IMG/VR virus record: IMGVR_UViG_3300030688_000021
Reading direction: 5' to 3' (one strand)
Length of the DNA stretch: 64,000 nucleotides
Source: an uncultured virus (IMG/VR IMGVR_UViG_3300030688_000021)
Taxonomy: Duplodnaviria > Heunggongvirae > Uroviricota > Caudoviricetes
Shown in pieces: positions 8,579-17,873 of the stretch (positions within the stretch are counted from its first letter, which is position 1; every line of letters begins with the position of its first letter). The notes beneath the pieces were generated by a model. The model was not told the origin of the DNA, did no database searches, and saw nothing but the letters and a program-made list of their open reading frames with translations. Made by a program: the position numbers and the translations under genes.

Positions 8579-9508
8579 ATGACACAATTCAAGCCCATGC
8601 TGGCCGGCAAGACCGATGGCAAGAACTTGACTTTCCCCGTTCTAGCATCTCCTAAGCTTGACGGGGTCCGGGCGATTGTGATCGATGGCCGAGTTATGAG
8701 CCGCTCCTTGAAGGAGATCCCGAATGCCCATGTTCAAAAGCTGTTTGGTAAGAAGCAGTATGAGGGCTTGGATGGTGAGTTGGGCATCGGTGAACCCACG
8801 TCTGCCGATTTCTATCGCAAGACCATGAGCGGCGTGATGTCGGCGGATGGCGAGCCGGACGCCAAGTTTTTTGCGTTTGACGACGTCCGGTTGCGCGGCC
8901 AGTCGTTCAGGGTGCGTCAAACAACGGTCTGCGGGCGTGTACTTGCGCACGCTCGTAAAGAGCTCATCGCCGTCCCACACGTTGAGGTCAAAAGCGAGGC
9001 TGAGCTGCTTGAGCTGGAGGCCAAGTGGTTAGCCCAGGGCTTTGAGGGCGCGATGATCCGCTCGACGACTGGGCCATATAAGTGTGGCCGCAGCACGGAG
9101 AAGGAAGGCTGGCTTCTCAAGCTTAAGCGGTTTGAGGACAGCGAGGCTGAAGTGCTGGGCTGCTACGAGCTGATGCACAACGCCAATGAAGCCACAAAGG
9201 ACGAGCTTGGGCGTACCAAACGCAGCAGCCACAAGGCTAACAAGCAGGGTCGAGGCACGCTTGGAGGTCTTCACGTCCGAGACCTTAAGACCGGCGTCGA
9301 GTTCAACATCGGCACTGGCTTTGATGACGCGTTGAGAGTGGAGCTGTGGTCATTGCACCAATTGAACGTAGCGCCGCAGGTTCCTGCAAAGTTCTCTGCA
9401 GGAGCTGTAGTTGGCCGAGTTGTCAAGTACAAGTTCTTCCCCACTGGCTCGAAGGACAAGCCGCGCTTCCCGGTGTTCCTGGGCTTCCGTGACTTGATCG
9501 ATATGTAG
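8579..9508 (+). CDS. lig: ATP-dependent DNA ligase
   Basis: Motif I SPKLDGVRA, DGEL, AFD, EGAMIR, LLKLK, IGTGF, PRFPVF. Confidence 0.95.
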   Translation: MTQFKPMLAGKTDGKNLTFPVLASPKLDGVRAIVIDGRVMSRSLKEIPNAHVQKLFGKKQYEGLDGELGIGEPTSADFYRKTMSGVMSADGEPDAKFFAFDDVRLRGQSFRVRQTTVCGRVLAHARKELIAVPHVEVKSEAELLELEAKWLAQGFEGAMIRSTTGPYKCGRSTEKEGWLLKLKRFEDSEAEVLGCYELMHNANEATKDELGRTKRSSHKANKQGRGTLGGLHVRDLKTGVEFNIGTGFDDALRVELWSLHQLNVAPQVPAKFSAGAVVGRVVKYKFFPTGSKDKPRFPVFLGFRDLIDM

Positions 9509-9562
9509 CCCTGCAATTACGTATATAGGTATTTGTAACAGAGGCCCTTAGGCGGGCTTCTG

Positions 9563-9595
9563 TGCTATAATCTCCTTAGTTCAACGCTGAGGAGA
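9563..9595 (+). promoter_or_regulatory. Extended -10 promoter, GCTGAGGAG motif, RBS hairpin
   Basis: TGcTATAAT 9563-9571; motif 9586; inverted repeat 9571-9579/9587-9595. Confidence 0.7.
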
Positions 9596-9601
9596 GTCAT
9601 T

Positions 9602-9766
9602 ATGAAGAAGCCCACCATCGCTAGTGTCTGCCGCGAAATGATCATTGCCGGTAAGACCGACAACCAACTCGAGCGCAAGCTGCGTCGGATCTTTGGAATG
9701 TCACTTGATCGAGCCCACTATAACGCCAGTTGGTATCGGTCAGAAGTGCGGCGCAAGAAGGCCTAA
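9602..9766 (+). CDS. 54-aa stand-alone WYR-domain protein (not in ORF track)
   Basis: Translated by hand: MKKPTIASVCREMIIAGKTD..ASWYRSEVRRKKA; homologous to C-termini of 9892, 19740, 20442. Confidence 0.8.
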   Translation: MKKPTIASVCREMIIAGKTDNQLERKLRRIFGMSLDRAHYNASWYRSEVRRKKA

Positions 9767-9815
9767 GGTTTAAGGGCGGGGGTGCCACAAAGGTGCCCCG
9801 CCCTTAAAATATGTG

Positions 9816-9891
9816 TTTACACGCCCACTAGGCGTGATAAGATGCTCTCATGAATGACGCACACAGCGCCAACCCTGCTGAGGAGAGCATC
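9816..9891 (+). promoter_or_regulatory. Sigma70-type promoter plus GCTGAGGAG motif
   Basis: TTTACA 9816, 16 bp, TAAGAT 9838; motif 9877; 9841-9849 complementary to 9883-9891. Confidence 0.75.
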
Positions 9892-10284
9892 ATGACCGAC
9901 GTCAAGACCATCAACACCAAGACCCGCGACGCCGCCACCGCCCAGCTGCGCAAGCTCGGTATCGCAAAAGAATTCTATAACAAGTTCATCACCCACCACG
10001 AGGGCGGTTTCAGCGTCGAGCTCGGTGCCGCGAAGAAGTTCCTCGAGCCGCCCAAGACCACCAAAACCAAGACCGCCAAAGCCAAGCGCGACGTGAAGCT
10101 AGATGGCGTCACCCGCCGTGAGGACACTGTCTCTGCCCGTGCTCGTCAGCTGATCCTCGAGGGCTTGGCCAACAAGGACGTCTTCGCCAAGCTGAAGGAA
10201 GAGTTCAACCTTCCTGAGACGAAGAAGTCCTACCCGGCCTGGTATCGCTCTGAGCTGCGCCGCCAGGGCAAACTCCCCAGCTGA
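9892..10284 (+). CDS. Basic protein with C-terminal WYR domain
   Basis: RBS then ATG 9892; SARARQLILEG..PAWYRSELRRQGKL. Confidence 0.85.
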   Translation: MTDVKTINTKTRDAATAQLRKLGIAKEFYNKFITHHEGGFSVELGAAKKFLEPPKTTKTKTAKAKRDVKLDGVTRREDTVSARARQLILEGLANKDVFAKLKEEFNLPETKKSYPAWYRSELRRQGKLPS

Positions 10285-10348
10285 GCTGCTGAAGAGCCCT
10301 TGGCCGGAAGGCTGAGGGTTCAGGTCTTTTGACGAGGAGCATCGAGCT

Positions 10349-10555
10349 ATGCCGTACGTTCACCCCAACTTAAAAACCAAGAAGGCACTGAAAGAAGCGC
10401 TTGCCAGTGGCCAGCTGGTTGAGGTCTTTCAGCCCGGGCATGGGAAGGTGCCTGACGACGGTGCCGTCTACCTCGAGGGCCCACACTTTCCAGCGCCACA
10501 CGCGTGGTACGCCGAGGGCACGACGGCGGGTGGAAAGCTCGCCAAAGTCAAGTAG
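10349..10555 (+). CDS. Conserved phage hypothetical protein
   Basis: RBS gaggag; KTKKALKEAL..LEGPHFPAPHAWYA. Confidence 0.8.
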   Translation: MPYVHPNLKTKKALKEALASGQLVEVFQPGHGKVPDDGAVYLEGPHFPAPHAWYAEGTTAGGKLAKVK

Positions 10556-10613
10556 CCGAGGAGCGTAGCCCCGGGCCATCCCCGAGTCCTGGGGCGTCAA
10601 GCGAAAATAACTA

Positions 10614-10662
10614 TGTACTTCTTCTTGGCCGTGCCGTAGGATGTCCTTGTCTTGCTGAGGAG
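10614..10662 (+). promoter_or_regulatory. Sigma70-type promoter plus GCTGAGGAG motif
   Basis: TGTACT 10614, 17 bp, TAGGAT 10637; motif 10654. Confidence 0.7.
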
Positions 10663-10669
10663 CCCCCGA

Positions 10670-11119
10670 ATGTCCATCCCCCTCAAGGCCTACCACGATC
10701 AGATCGTGCGAGGTCTTCTTTCTTACCCGCGTGTCCGTCTGATGGCGACTGATGTCCTCGGTCCTCGGTCATGCATGGCTATGGCTGCGGCTTCCCTTGG
10801 GCCTCAGACGAAGATCCTGGTTGTCTGCGCGACCGTGCTCAAGACGACCTGGGACCTTGAGCTGGAGCAGGTCGGCGCCGTAAAGCCGCAGCAGGTGCTG
10901 CCGGCCACACGTCTTGACGCCATGATCCCTCGCCTGAAAGGCGTAGAGTTCGATTTGCTCATTGCCGAAATCTCGACCCAGGGTACCGCCACGGCCAAGA
11001 AGCTTGGGTCTCTGATTGAGCAGTCCAAGCGTTGCTGGATCCGCGACCTCTCTCTCGGCAACAATTATGGTATCCATGAGCTGTGCGAAACGCATGGCTT
11101 TACCGACCTCCCACTGTAA
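10670..11119 (+). CDS. Degenerate SNF2-like N-terminal RecA-fold protein
   Basis: PLKAYH, KILVVCA..TTWDLEL, FDLLIAEIS align in order with helicase motifs Q, Ia, II but lack catalytic residues. Confidence 0.6.
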   Translation: MSIPLKAYHDQIVRGLLSYPRVRLMATDVLGPRSCMAMAAASLGPQTKILVVCATVLKTTWDLELEQVGAVKPQQVLPATRLDAMIPRLKGVEFDLLIAEISTQGTATAKKLGSLIEQSKRCWIRDLSLGNNYGIHELCETHGFTDLPL

Positions 11120-11131
11120 GGACTTAGACCC

Positions 11132-11575
11132 ATGGCCAAGCCGCCGATGGACACAGCCGCCAATACATCTCCGGCCGCCAAGCCGAAGAAACCTGTAATC
11201 AAGATGCCGAAGACGATCGGAGCCTGTGCCGACATGCTCTACGAGCTGCGGGCTAAGCGCTTAGCAGCTCAGAAGATCACCGACGAGCTCGAGGCCCAGG
11301 AGAAGGCCGTCAAGGAGCACATCATTCAGACGCTGCCGAAGTCCGAGGCCTCGGGCGTGGCCGGAAAGGTGGCCCGAGTCACGGTTGTCACGAAGGATGT
11401 CCCGCAGGTCGAGAACTGGGACGACTTCTATAAGCACGTCAAGAAAACCGGTCAGTTTGACCTCATGCAGCGCCGGTTGGCCGACACCGCAGTCAAAGAG
11501 CGCTGGGACGCCGGCAAGCAGGTCCCTGGCGTGAAGGTCTTTCATACTGTCTCCGTTTCCCTGAACAAGCTGTAG
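11132..11575 (+). CDS. Conserved replication-module hypothetical protein
   Basis: PQVENWDDFY..FDLMQRRL..VPGV pattern typical upstream of phage PolA genes. Confidence 0.8.
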   Translation: MAKPPMDTAANTSPAAKPKKPVIKMPKTIGACADMLYELRAKRLAAQKITDELEAQEKAVKEHIIQTLPKSEASGVAGKVARVTVVTKDVPQVENWDDFYKHVKKTGQFDLMQRRLADTAVKERWDAGKQVPGVKVFHTVSVSLNKL

Positions 11576-11584
11576 GAGGACGTG

Positions 11585-11971
11585 ATGGCCAAGTACATCG
11601 TCACTGACAAGAACGGCCTCGTATTTGAGGTTGAGGCCGACACGTGCTACGAGCTTGGAGGAGACCTCACGCTGCTCGCCGGCGGCGGCCAGCTGGCCGC
11701 CCAGTGGTCCATCGGGATGTGGGTTTCAGTGGTCAAGACCGCGAAGGTCAAGTCCTCTGACGCGGTCATCAAGCTCTCGGTCGCAGAGATCCAATCTGGC
11801 CTGACGCGCGTCAGAGCTGCTGAAAACTTGGTACCGCAGCTTCCGTCTGGCCACGACGGTCGTAACACTTGGCTCTTGAACTATGGGATTGGGTTTCAAT
11901 CTGTCGCTCTTCGAACCAGTCGAGGCGTCAAGTTCGACTTCGAAACTCTTAGCGCGGAGACCATGTCGTGA
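11585..11971 (+). CDS. Hypothetical protein
   Basis: RBS aggagga; coupled to thyX. Confidence 0.7.
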   Translation: MAKYIVTDKNGLVFEVEADTCYELGGDLTLLAGGGQLAAQWSIGMWVSVVKTAKVKSSDAVIKLSVAEIQSGLTRVRAAENLVPQLPSGHDGRNTWLLNYGIGFQSVALRTSRGVKFDFETLSAETMS

Positions 11972-12582
11972 AGATCATCAATCCATCGACCGAGATCCTG
12001 ACTGCCACGCCTGACTTGGAGCGGACCATTGAGCGGGCTGGCCGAGTTTGCTACAAGTCAGAGGACCGGATCACCGGGGACTCGGCCGCGAAGCTCATTG
12101 CTCGTCTTGCCGAGAGCAAGCACGAGTCAGTCTTGGAGCACGGGTCGATCACTGTCCTGTTCGTCTGCGATCGCGGGGTCTCTCACGAACTAGTCCGTCA
12201 CCGGATCGCCAGTTTCTCGCAGGAGAGCACCAGGTACTGCAACTATGGCAAGGACAAGTTCGGCAACGAGATCACTCTGATCCAACCTCTACTTGGCCCA
12301 GACCCGTCCTTGGAACGAGAGCAAGCTTGGCTTGACGCCTGCCGGGCTGCAGAGTCGGCGTATTTTGAGCTTCTTGACATGGGCGCCTCCCCACAGGAAG
12401 CCAGGTCTGTGCTGCCCAACAGCCTCAAGACCGAGGTAATCATGACCGCCAATCCGCGTGAGTGGCGTCACGTCTTCAAACTGCGTTGCGCAGAAACTGC
12501 CCACCCACAAATGCGTGAACTGATGATCCCGCTCCGCGAAAAGTTCCAGCAATTTTGGCCGGCGCTGTTCAGCGACCTTTAG
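11968..12582 (+). CDS. thyX: FAD-dependent thymidylate synthase
   Basis: HESVLEH, RGVSHELVRHRIASFSQESTRY, EARSVLPN. Confidence 0.97.
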   Translation: MKIINPSTEILTATPDLERTIERAGRVCYKSEDRITGDSAAKLIARLAESKHESVLEHGSITVLFVCDRGVSHELVRHRIASFSQESTRYCNYGKDKFGNEITLIQPLLGPDPSLEREQAWLDACRAAESAYFELLDMGASPQEARSVLPNSLKTEVIMTANPREWRHVFKLRCAETAHPQMRELMIPLREKFQQFWPALFSDL

Positions 12583-12664
12583 GCCAGGAAGGTCAGGCCC
12601 ACCCCAGGATGTAAAGCACTCTGAAACGGGCCACCCTCGATCAAAGCTAAGAAGGAAGTCACAC

Positions 12665-13483
12665 ATGGTACGCGCCCCGAAAACCACTGGTACCGCCGTC
12701 GCGAACTGGGATGAAGAGCTGGCGAAGCTGGCTCAACTCTCGGCCGGCATGGAAGAAAGCACCGCCTCTGGTCAGTTCTTCTCGCTGCAGAGCGGCCAGT
12801 TGTCGTTCAACGATACCCCGCTGCCCGGCAATGAAATGGCGGTTATCATCCTCGACTCGGTCCTGGAGAACATTTACTACGAGGGCGACTATGACTCCGC
12901 TGAGCCTCAGTCGCCGGCCTGCTTCGCGTTCGGCCGCGACGAGAAGTCCATTTGCCCGCACACGACTGTCGTTGAGCACGGCAGCGCCCAGTCCGAGCAG
13001 TGCCAAGGTTGCCCGCAGAACGAGTGGGGCTCCGCGAACAAAGGTCGCGGCAAGGCTTGCCGCAACACTCGGCGTCTGGGCATGATCCCGGCCGGTGTTT
13101 TCAAGAACGGCAAGTTCGATGCTGTCAAGGACGTGGCCCACTACGAGTCGGCCGGTGTCGGCTATATGAAGTTGCCTGTGACCTCGGTCAAGGGTTATGC
13201 GGCGTTCGTCAAGCAGCTTCAAGCCAGTCTCAGTCGCCCGCCTTTGGGCGTCTTCACCAAGGTACAGGTGGTGCCGGACTCCAACACCCAGTTCAAGGTC
13301 CTGTTCACCGCTATCGACACCGTGCCGGCCAACCTGCTGCCGACGCTCTTGGCTCGCCACAATGAGGTCAAGGGTTTGATCGAGTCTCCTTACAGCTTGG
13401 CTGAAGAAGCTCCGGCCAAGCCTGCTCGTGGTCGGGCCAAGCCGGCGGCCAAGAAGCCCGCAGCTCGTGGCGGCAAGTACTAA
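12665..13483 (+). CDS. Putative ssDNA-binding/replication protein
   Basis: YY..YD..PACF, C..CP.N.WGS..GKAC motifs; position before PolA. Confidence 0.6.
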   Translation: MVRAPKTTGTAVANWDEELAKLAQLSAGMEESTASGQFFSLQSGQLSFNDTPLPGNEMAVIILDSVLENIYYEGDYDSAEPQSPACFAFGRDEKSICPHTTVVEHGSAQSEQCQGCPQNEWGSANKGRGKACRNTRRLGMIPAGVFKNGKFDAVKDVAHYESAGVGYMKLPVTSVKGYAAFVKQLQASLSRPPLGVFTKVQVVPDSNTQFKVLFTAIDTVPANLLPTLLARHNEVKGLIESPYSLAEEAPAKPARGRAKPAAKKPAARGGKY

Positions 13484-13537
13484 GAAAACCACGGCCCGGG
13501 TCTTCATGACTCGGGCCCTCTACCTCCTGGAGCTACC

Positions 13538-13738
13538 ATGACCTTTACTACCTGGATGGAACTGAACACCAAGATGCAAATGGCCACGGAGGAAGACTGT
13601 GTGTCGTTGCTGAAGGCCGAGAAGGAAGACCGCAAGCGAAAGCAGTTCTTGCTGCGGATCCACTCACGGCTGAACAGGTTGCGGGCCGCGCGTGAGCGGT
13701 CTGAGTTGGTGGCCATTGCAGAACTGGGTTGGTCATGA
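13538..13738 (+). CDS. Hypothetical protein
   Basis: RBS ggag; coupled to pol. Confidence 0.7.
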   Translation: MTFTTWMELNTKMQMATEEDCVSLLKAEKEDRKRKQFLLRIHSRLNRLRAARERSELVAIAELGWS

Positions 13739-15696
13739 GGAAGCCAAAGATCCCAAAACCGGTCACGGTCGACTTTGAAACCTTTGGCATCGAAGGTCGG
13801 CCAAAGTACCCACCAATTCCTGTGGGCGTCTCCATTAAATACAAGGGCATGAAGGCCAAGTACTATGCCTGGGGCCATGCCACGAATAACAACTCCTCAT
13901 ACGCAGAGGCTCGCGAAGCCTTAGAGAAGGCCTGGGCGCATCCCGATGGCGTGTTATTCCACAATCACAAGTTCGACGTGGACGTGGCCGCCACTCACAT
14001 GGACCTGCCTGAGCTGCCGTGGGACAAGTACCACGACACCATGTTTCTGGTGTTCTTGGATGACCCAAACCAGATCGAGCTGGGACTGAAGCCATCGGCC
14101 ACGAGACTCTTGAACATGCCTCCCGATGAGCAAGACGCCGTGGCTGATTGGTTGGTTGAGCACCAGCCGTTGAGCCATGTCGGGGTCAAGATCGGTCATG
14201 GGAAGTCGTCAAAGGAGCATTACGGAAAGTACATCGCCTTCGCTCCTGGTGACATCGTGGGCAAGTACGCCGACGGCGACGTTATCCGCACCGAGAGGAT
14301 CTTCGAGAAACTCTGGCCTTCGATCGTCGAGCGTGGGATGCTGAAAGCTTATGACCGCGAGCGCGAGCTTGCCATGATCCTCTTGGACATGGAGCGGCAG
14401 GGCGTCAGGCTCGACCTAAAGCGCCTCAGGTCAGACGTGGCCATGTATTCTGAGACGATGGTGGAGCTCGAGACCTATATCCGCAAATCTCTCAAGGCAC
14501 CAGACCTGAACATAGACGCGGGCGCTCAGTTGATCGACGCCCTGATCGCGGCTGGTAAGTCGAACCCTGATGAGCTGGAGCTGACGCCTACAGGCAAGTA
14601 CAAGTCCGACAAGACAGCCATTGGCCATGGCTGCCACGATAAGACTTTGGCGGCTGTGCTCAAGTACAGGTCTCAGCTGAAGACCTGCCTGAACACGTTT
14701 ATGAAGAGCTGGTTGGCCACGGCCGAGGCCTCTGGCGGGTTTATCTTCACCAGTTGGAACCAAACCAAGTCTGCTGAGGGCTCAGGAGCCATCGGTACGC
14801 GTACTGGCCGTCTGTCGTCTACCCCGAACTTTCAGAACATCCCAAAAGAGTTCGCGGCGATCTTTGCCCATGACGAGAAGGACCTAAAGAAGGCCAAGCT
14901 CTTGCCGAAGTGCCCCTTTAAGGGTGGCCTCCCGCCGCTGCCCTTGGTGCGAAGCTACATCATCCCGTACGCCGATGGCGACGTGCTGATCGACCGAGAT
15001 TACAGCCAGCAAGAGCCTCGTATCCTCGCTCACTTTGAGGACGGCGCGCTGAAACAAGCGTACATTGACAACCCTTGGATCGATTACCACGACAACGCCA
15101 AGGAGCATCTGGAGCGTGTTCTTCACAGGCCATTCGAACGTAAGCCTGTGAAGAACATCAATCTGGGGATCATCTACGGCCAGGGCGTCGGCAGTCTCGC
15201 CATCAAGAACGGATCGTCCGTTGAGGAAACCAAGGAGCTGAAGGATCAGATCTTTGGTCTGTATCCTGGTCTGCGAGACATGTACAAGGACATGAGGCTC
15301 AGGGCTAAGACCAACACACCAATCCACACATGGGGTGGCCGTGAGTATTACTGCGAGCCACCTAAGCTCATTGATGGGCGGCTGAAGACGTTTGACTACA
15401 AGATGGTCAATACTCTCATTCAGGGATCGGCTGGTGATTGCACCAAGGAAGCTATCATCCGCTATTACAGAGTCAAGCCAAAGCACCACAGGCTTCTTCT
15501 CAACGTGCATGACCAGCTGACGGCATCGGTGCCGAAGGCTGAGCGGTTCAAGGCCATGGAGATCATGCGTCATGAGATGGAGGGAGTGGAGTTTGACGTT
15601 CTTATCCTCAGCGAAGGGTCAATGTCGGAGACCAATTGGGCTGAACTTATCGACACCGACAAAAAAGGAAAGCCAGTAAATGCCTCCCATCATTAA
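13735..15696 (+). CDS. polA: Family A DNA polymerase with 3'-5' exonuclease
   Basis: VDFET, HNHKFD, TGRLSS.PNFQNIP, DYSQQEPRILAH, K.INLGIIYG, IQGSAGD, VHDQ. Confidence 0.97.
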   Translation: MRKPKIPKPVTVDFETFGIEGRPKYPPIPVGVSIKYKGMKAKYYAWGHATNNNSSYAEAREALEKAWAHPDGVLFHNHKFDVDVAATHMDLPELPWDKYHDTMFLVFLDDPNQIELGLKPSATRLLNMPPDEQDAVADWLVEHQPLSHVGVKIGHGKSSKEHYGKYIAFAPGDIVGKYADGDVIRTERIFEKLWPSIVERGMLKAYDRERELAMILLDMERQGVRLDLKRLRSDVAMYSETMVELETYIRKSLKAPDLNIDAGAQLIDALIAAGKSNPDELELTPTGKYKSDKTAIGHGCHDKTLAAVLKYRSQLKTCLNTFMKSWLATAEASGGFIFTSWNQTKSAEGSGAIGTRTGRLSSTPNFQNIPKEFAAIFAHDEKDLKKAKLLPKCPFKGGLPPLPLVRSYIIPYADGDVLIDRDYSQQEPRILAHFEDGALKQAYIDNPWIDYHDNAKEHLERVLHRPFERKPVKNINLGIIYGQGVGSLAIKNGSSVEETKELKDQIFGLYPGLRDMYKDMRLRAKTNTPIHTWGGREYYCEPPKLIDGRLKTFDYKMVNTLIQGSAGDCTKEAIIRYYRVKPKHHRLLLNVHDQLTASVPKAERFKAMEIMRHEMEGVEFDVLILSEGSMSETNWAELIDTDKKGKPVNASHH

Positions 15697-16420
15697 GAAG
15701 ATCACGTCTTGGTCGTTCAGCCGGTACAGCGCCTATGTAGGCTGCGCTTTCAAGGCCAAGCTGAAGTTCATCGACAAGCTGCCTGAACCTGGAAATGACG
15801 CCATGGCCCGCGGATCGGCGATCGGCAAGATGGCAGAAGATTACGTCAAGGGGGCGATCGCGCGGCTCCCCAAAGAGCTGAAGGCCTTCGAAGCCGAGTT
15901 CAAGAAGCTGAAGGCCACGTACAAAAAAGGCTCGAAGCTGCTTCCCATGACAGTGGAAGACACCTGGGCCTTTCGTGCTGACTGGACCCAGACGGTCTGG
16001 AACGACTGGAATGGCTGCCGAGTCAGGATCAAGATCGACGTCGGCCATTTTGAGGACGAGAACACCTATGTCGTGACTGACTGGAAGACCGGCAAGTTCC
16101 GTCCTGAGAAGAACGCTGAGTACCTGGAGCAGCTCGAGCTCTACGCTCTTGGGGCTCTTCTTAAGTACGAGGCCATGGACCTGACGGTCAAGGTGCGACT
16201 GGGCTACCTTGACCAAGGGATCATGTACACGGGCGAGGGTGACACTGAACTGACCTACACCCTGAAGGACCTGCCTGGGCTTAAGAAGCTGTGGGAGAAG
16301 CGCGTGAAGCCGATGTTGGCAGACACACGCTTCGCCCCGAAGCCGAGCAATCTGTGCCGCTGGTGCCACTTTGGCCAGAGTGGCGTGGCCAACGGTGGGC
16401 CCGGGTGCTGCAAGTTCTGA
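15680..16420 (+). CDS. PD-(D/E)XK (Cas4/AddB-like) exonuclease
   Basis: WSFSRY..C, KIDV, VTDWKTGK, QLELYA, CRWCHF. Confidence 0.9.
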   Translation: MPPIIKKITSWSFSRYSAYVGCAFKAKLKFIDKLPEPGNDAMARGSAIGKMAEDYVKGAIARLPKELKAFEAEFKKLKATYKKGSKLLPMTVEDTWAFRADWTQTVWNDWNGCRVRIKIDVGHFEDENTYVVTDWKTGKFRPEKNAEYLEQLELYALGALLKYEAMDLTVKVRLGYLDQGIMYTGEGDTELTYTLKDLPGLKKLWEKRVKPMLADTRFAPKPSNLCRWCHFGQSGVANGGPGCCKF

Positions 16421-16430
16421 GGAGGTCAAG

Positions 16431-16589
16431 ATGAAATATGGCGTATGCCGCGCCACCACACTGGTGGTACTGGTGTCCACGGTGAACGAGTGGATCGATA
16501 AGGGCTGGAAACCTCAGGGAGGCGTTTCAGTAGACTCTGGCAGCGGCATGGCGCAGTATAGCCAGGCTATTGTAAAGCGCAAGGAGTGA
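16431..16589 (+). CDS. DUF1737-like small protein
   Basis: VNEWIDKGWKPQGGVS..YSQAIVK; RBS gaggagg. Confidence 0.7.
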   Translation: MKYGVCRATTLVVLVSTVNEWIDKGWKPQGGVSVDSGSGMAQYSQAIVKRKE

Positions 16590-16595
16590 CACGCT

Positions 16596-16769
16596 GTGGA
16601 GATATTAGACGAAGGCGATCCTTGCCCTGCGTGTAACATTGGAAGCATGCAGTTTCCTCCGGTGGAGAACTGCAGTTGCCACGTCAATCCTCCTTGTGGT
16701 GCGCGCGTTGATAGCGCCTTGCGCTGCGGCAATCCTGACTGCGGTTACACTGAAGGGGACGAGATATGA
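16596..16769 (+). CDS. Small Cys-rich protein (not in ORF track)
   Basis: Hand translation: CPAC..NCSCHVNPPC..CGNPDCG; RBS aaggag. Confidence 0.65.
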   Translation: MEILDEGDPCPACNIGSMQFPPVENCSCHVNPPCGARVDSALRCGNPDCGYTEGDEI

Positions 16770-17311
16770 TCGACGTTATGGTTGACCTTGAAACGGTCGG
16801 CAATAAGCCTGGGTGCGGGATCCTCTCGGTCGGCGCCGTGTTCTTCGACGCCAAGGCCGGAGAGCTCGGGGCTGAGCACTACGAGGTCGTGCGGCTCAGC
16901 ACTTGCGAGGAGGCAGGCTTAGTCAGTGACCAGAGCACGCTTGATTGGTGGGCTGGCCAGTCGCCCGAGGCCCGTCAGGTGCTGACTCAGGCCGGCAAGA
17001 AGCGTGGGAACGTCAAGTTGCCCAAGGCCCTTGAGAACTTCAACGAGTTCTTGTTGCCGGCCGGTAGGCGATCAGTGCGGGTCTGGGGGAACGGCTCGGA
17101 CTTCGATAACGCCATTCTGGCCGTGGCCTACGGTAAGACCGGAGTTCAGCAGGGCTGGGAGTTCTGGAATAACCGCTGCTACCGGACCTTGAAGGGCTTC
17201 TTGCCCGCGCTCAAGGCGGTCCGCACCGGCACCTACCACAATGCTCTGGACGACGCCAAGACTCAGGCTGTTCACGCCTGCCAGCTGCTCAAGCATCTGA
17301 ACCTGGCATGA
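16766..17311 (+). CDS. DEDDh 3'-5' exonuclease
   Basis: MVDLET, WGNGSDFD, HNALDDA. Confidence 0.92.
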   Translation: MIDVMVDLETVGNKPGCGILSVGAVFFDAKAGELGAEHYEVVRLSTCEEAGLVSDQSTLDWWAGQSPEARQVLTQAGKKRGNVKLPKALENFNEFLLPAGRRSVRVWGNGSDFDNAILAVAYGKTGVQQGWEFWNNRCYRTLKGFLPALKAVRTGTYHNALDDAKTQAVHACQLLKHLNLA

Positions 17312-17501
17312 GTAAGCACACGTTCGAAGCCGATATTCGCCCAGGATCAAAGGTCCTGATTGATGGCCAAAAGGACATGGAGGCCAAAGTGCTGTGCGTA
17401 GCTTTTTACATGGACTACTCGGCGGCCTCTGTAACCTGGTGCTCGAATGGGTCGGTTATTGAGCAGTGGTTCGACACATGGCGACTGCATAAGGTCTGAC
17501 C

Positions 17502-17873
17502 ATGCAGCTACTCGAGTCAGATATTGAGCGCAAGGTCTGCCGAGAAGCCCTCAAGCTGGGGGTGCTGAGTTGGAAATTGACGATCTTGGGTGAGACAGGC
17601 ATCCCTGATCGTCTTTTTCTCATTCCAGGTGGTAGGCCACTGCTCATTGAATTTAAGCGGCCTGGCGAAGAGCCGAGGCCTAAGCAGACACACTGGCACG
17701 AGCTTCTGACCAAGCTCGGCTACGACGTAGAGGTTCACGATGACGCTGAAACTGCTCTCCGAGCTATTATCCGTGCCCTGGAAGCCGCACAATTACCAAA
17801 AGAAGGCGATGAAGTTCCTTCTCGAGCACGCGTGCGCCGCGCTGTTTCTCGATCCGGGACTGGGCAAGACTAG
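17502..17873 (+). CDS. VRR-NUC domain nuclease
   Basis: ESDIE, GIPDRL, IEFKRPG, Q..WH..L..LG. Confidence 0.9.
   Translation: MQLLESDIERKVCREALKLGVLSWKLTILGETGIPDRLFLIPGGRPLLIEFKRPGEEPRPKQTHWHELLTKLGYDVEVHDDAETALRAIIRALEAAQLPKEGDEVPSRARVRRAVSRSGTGQD

Noticed and set aside
15680..16420. Cas4-like nuclease as a CRISPR component
   Set aside because: Sits in the standard PolA/VRR-NUC/SNF2 replication module; no array
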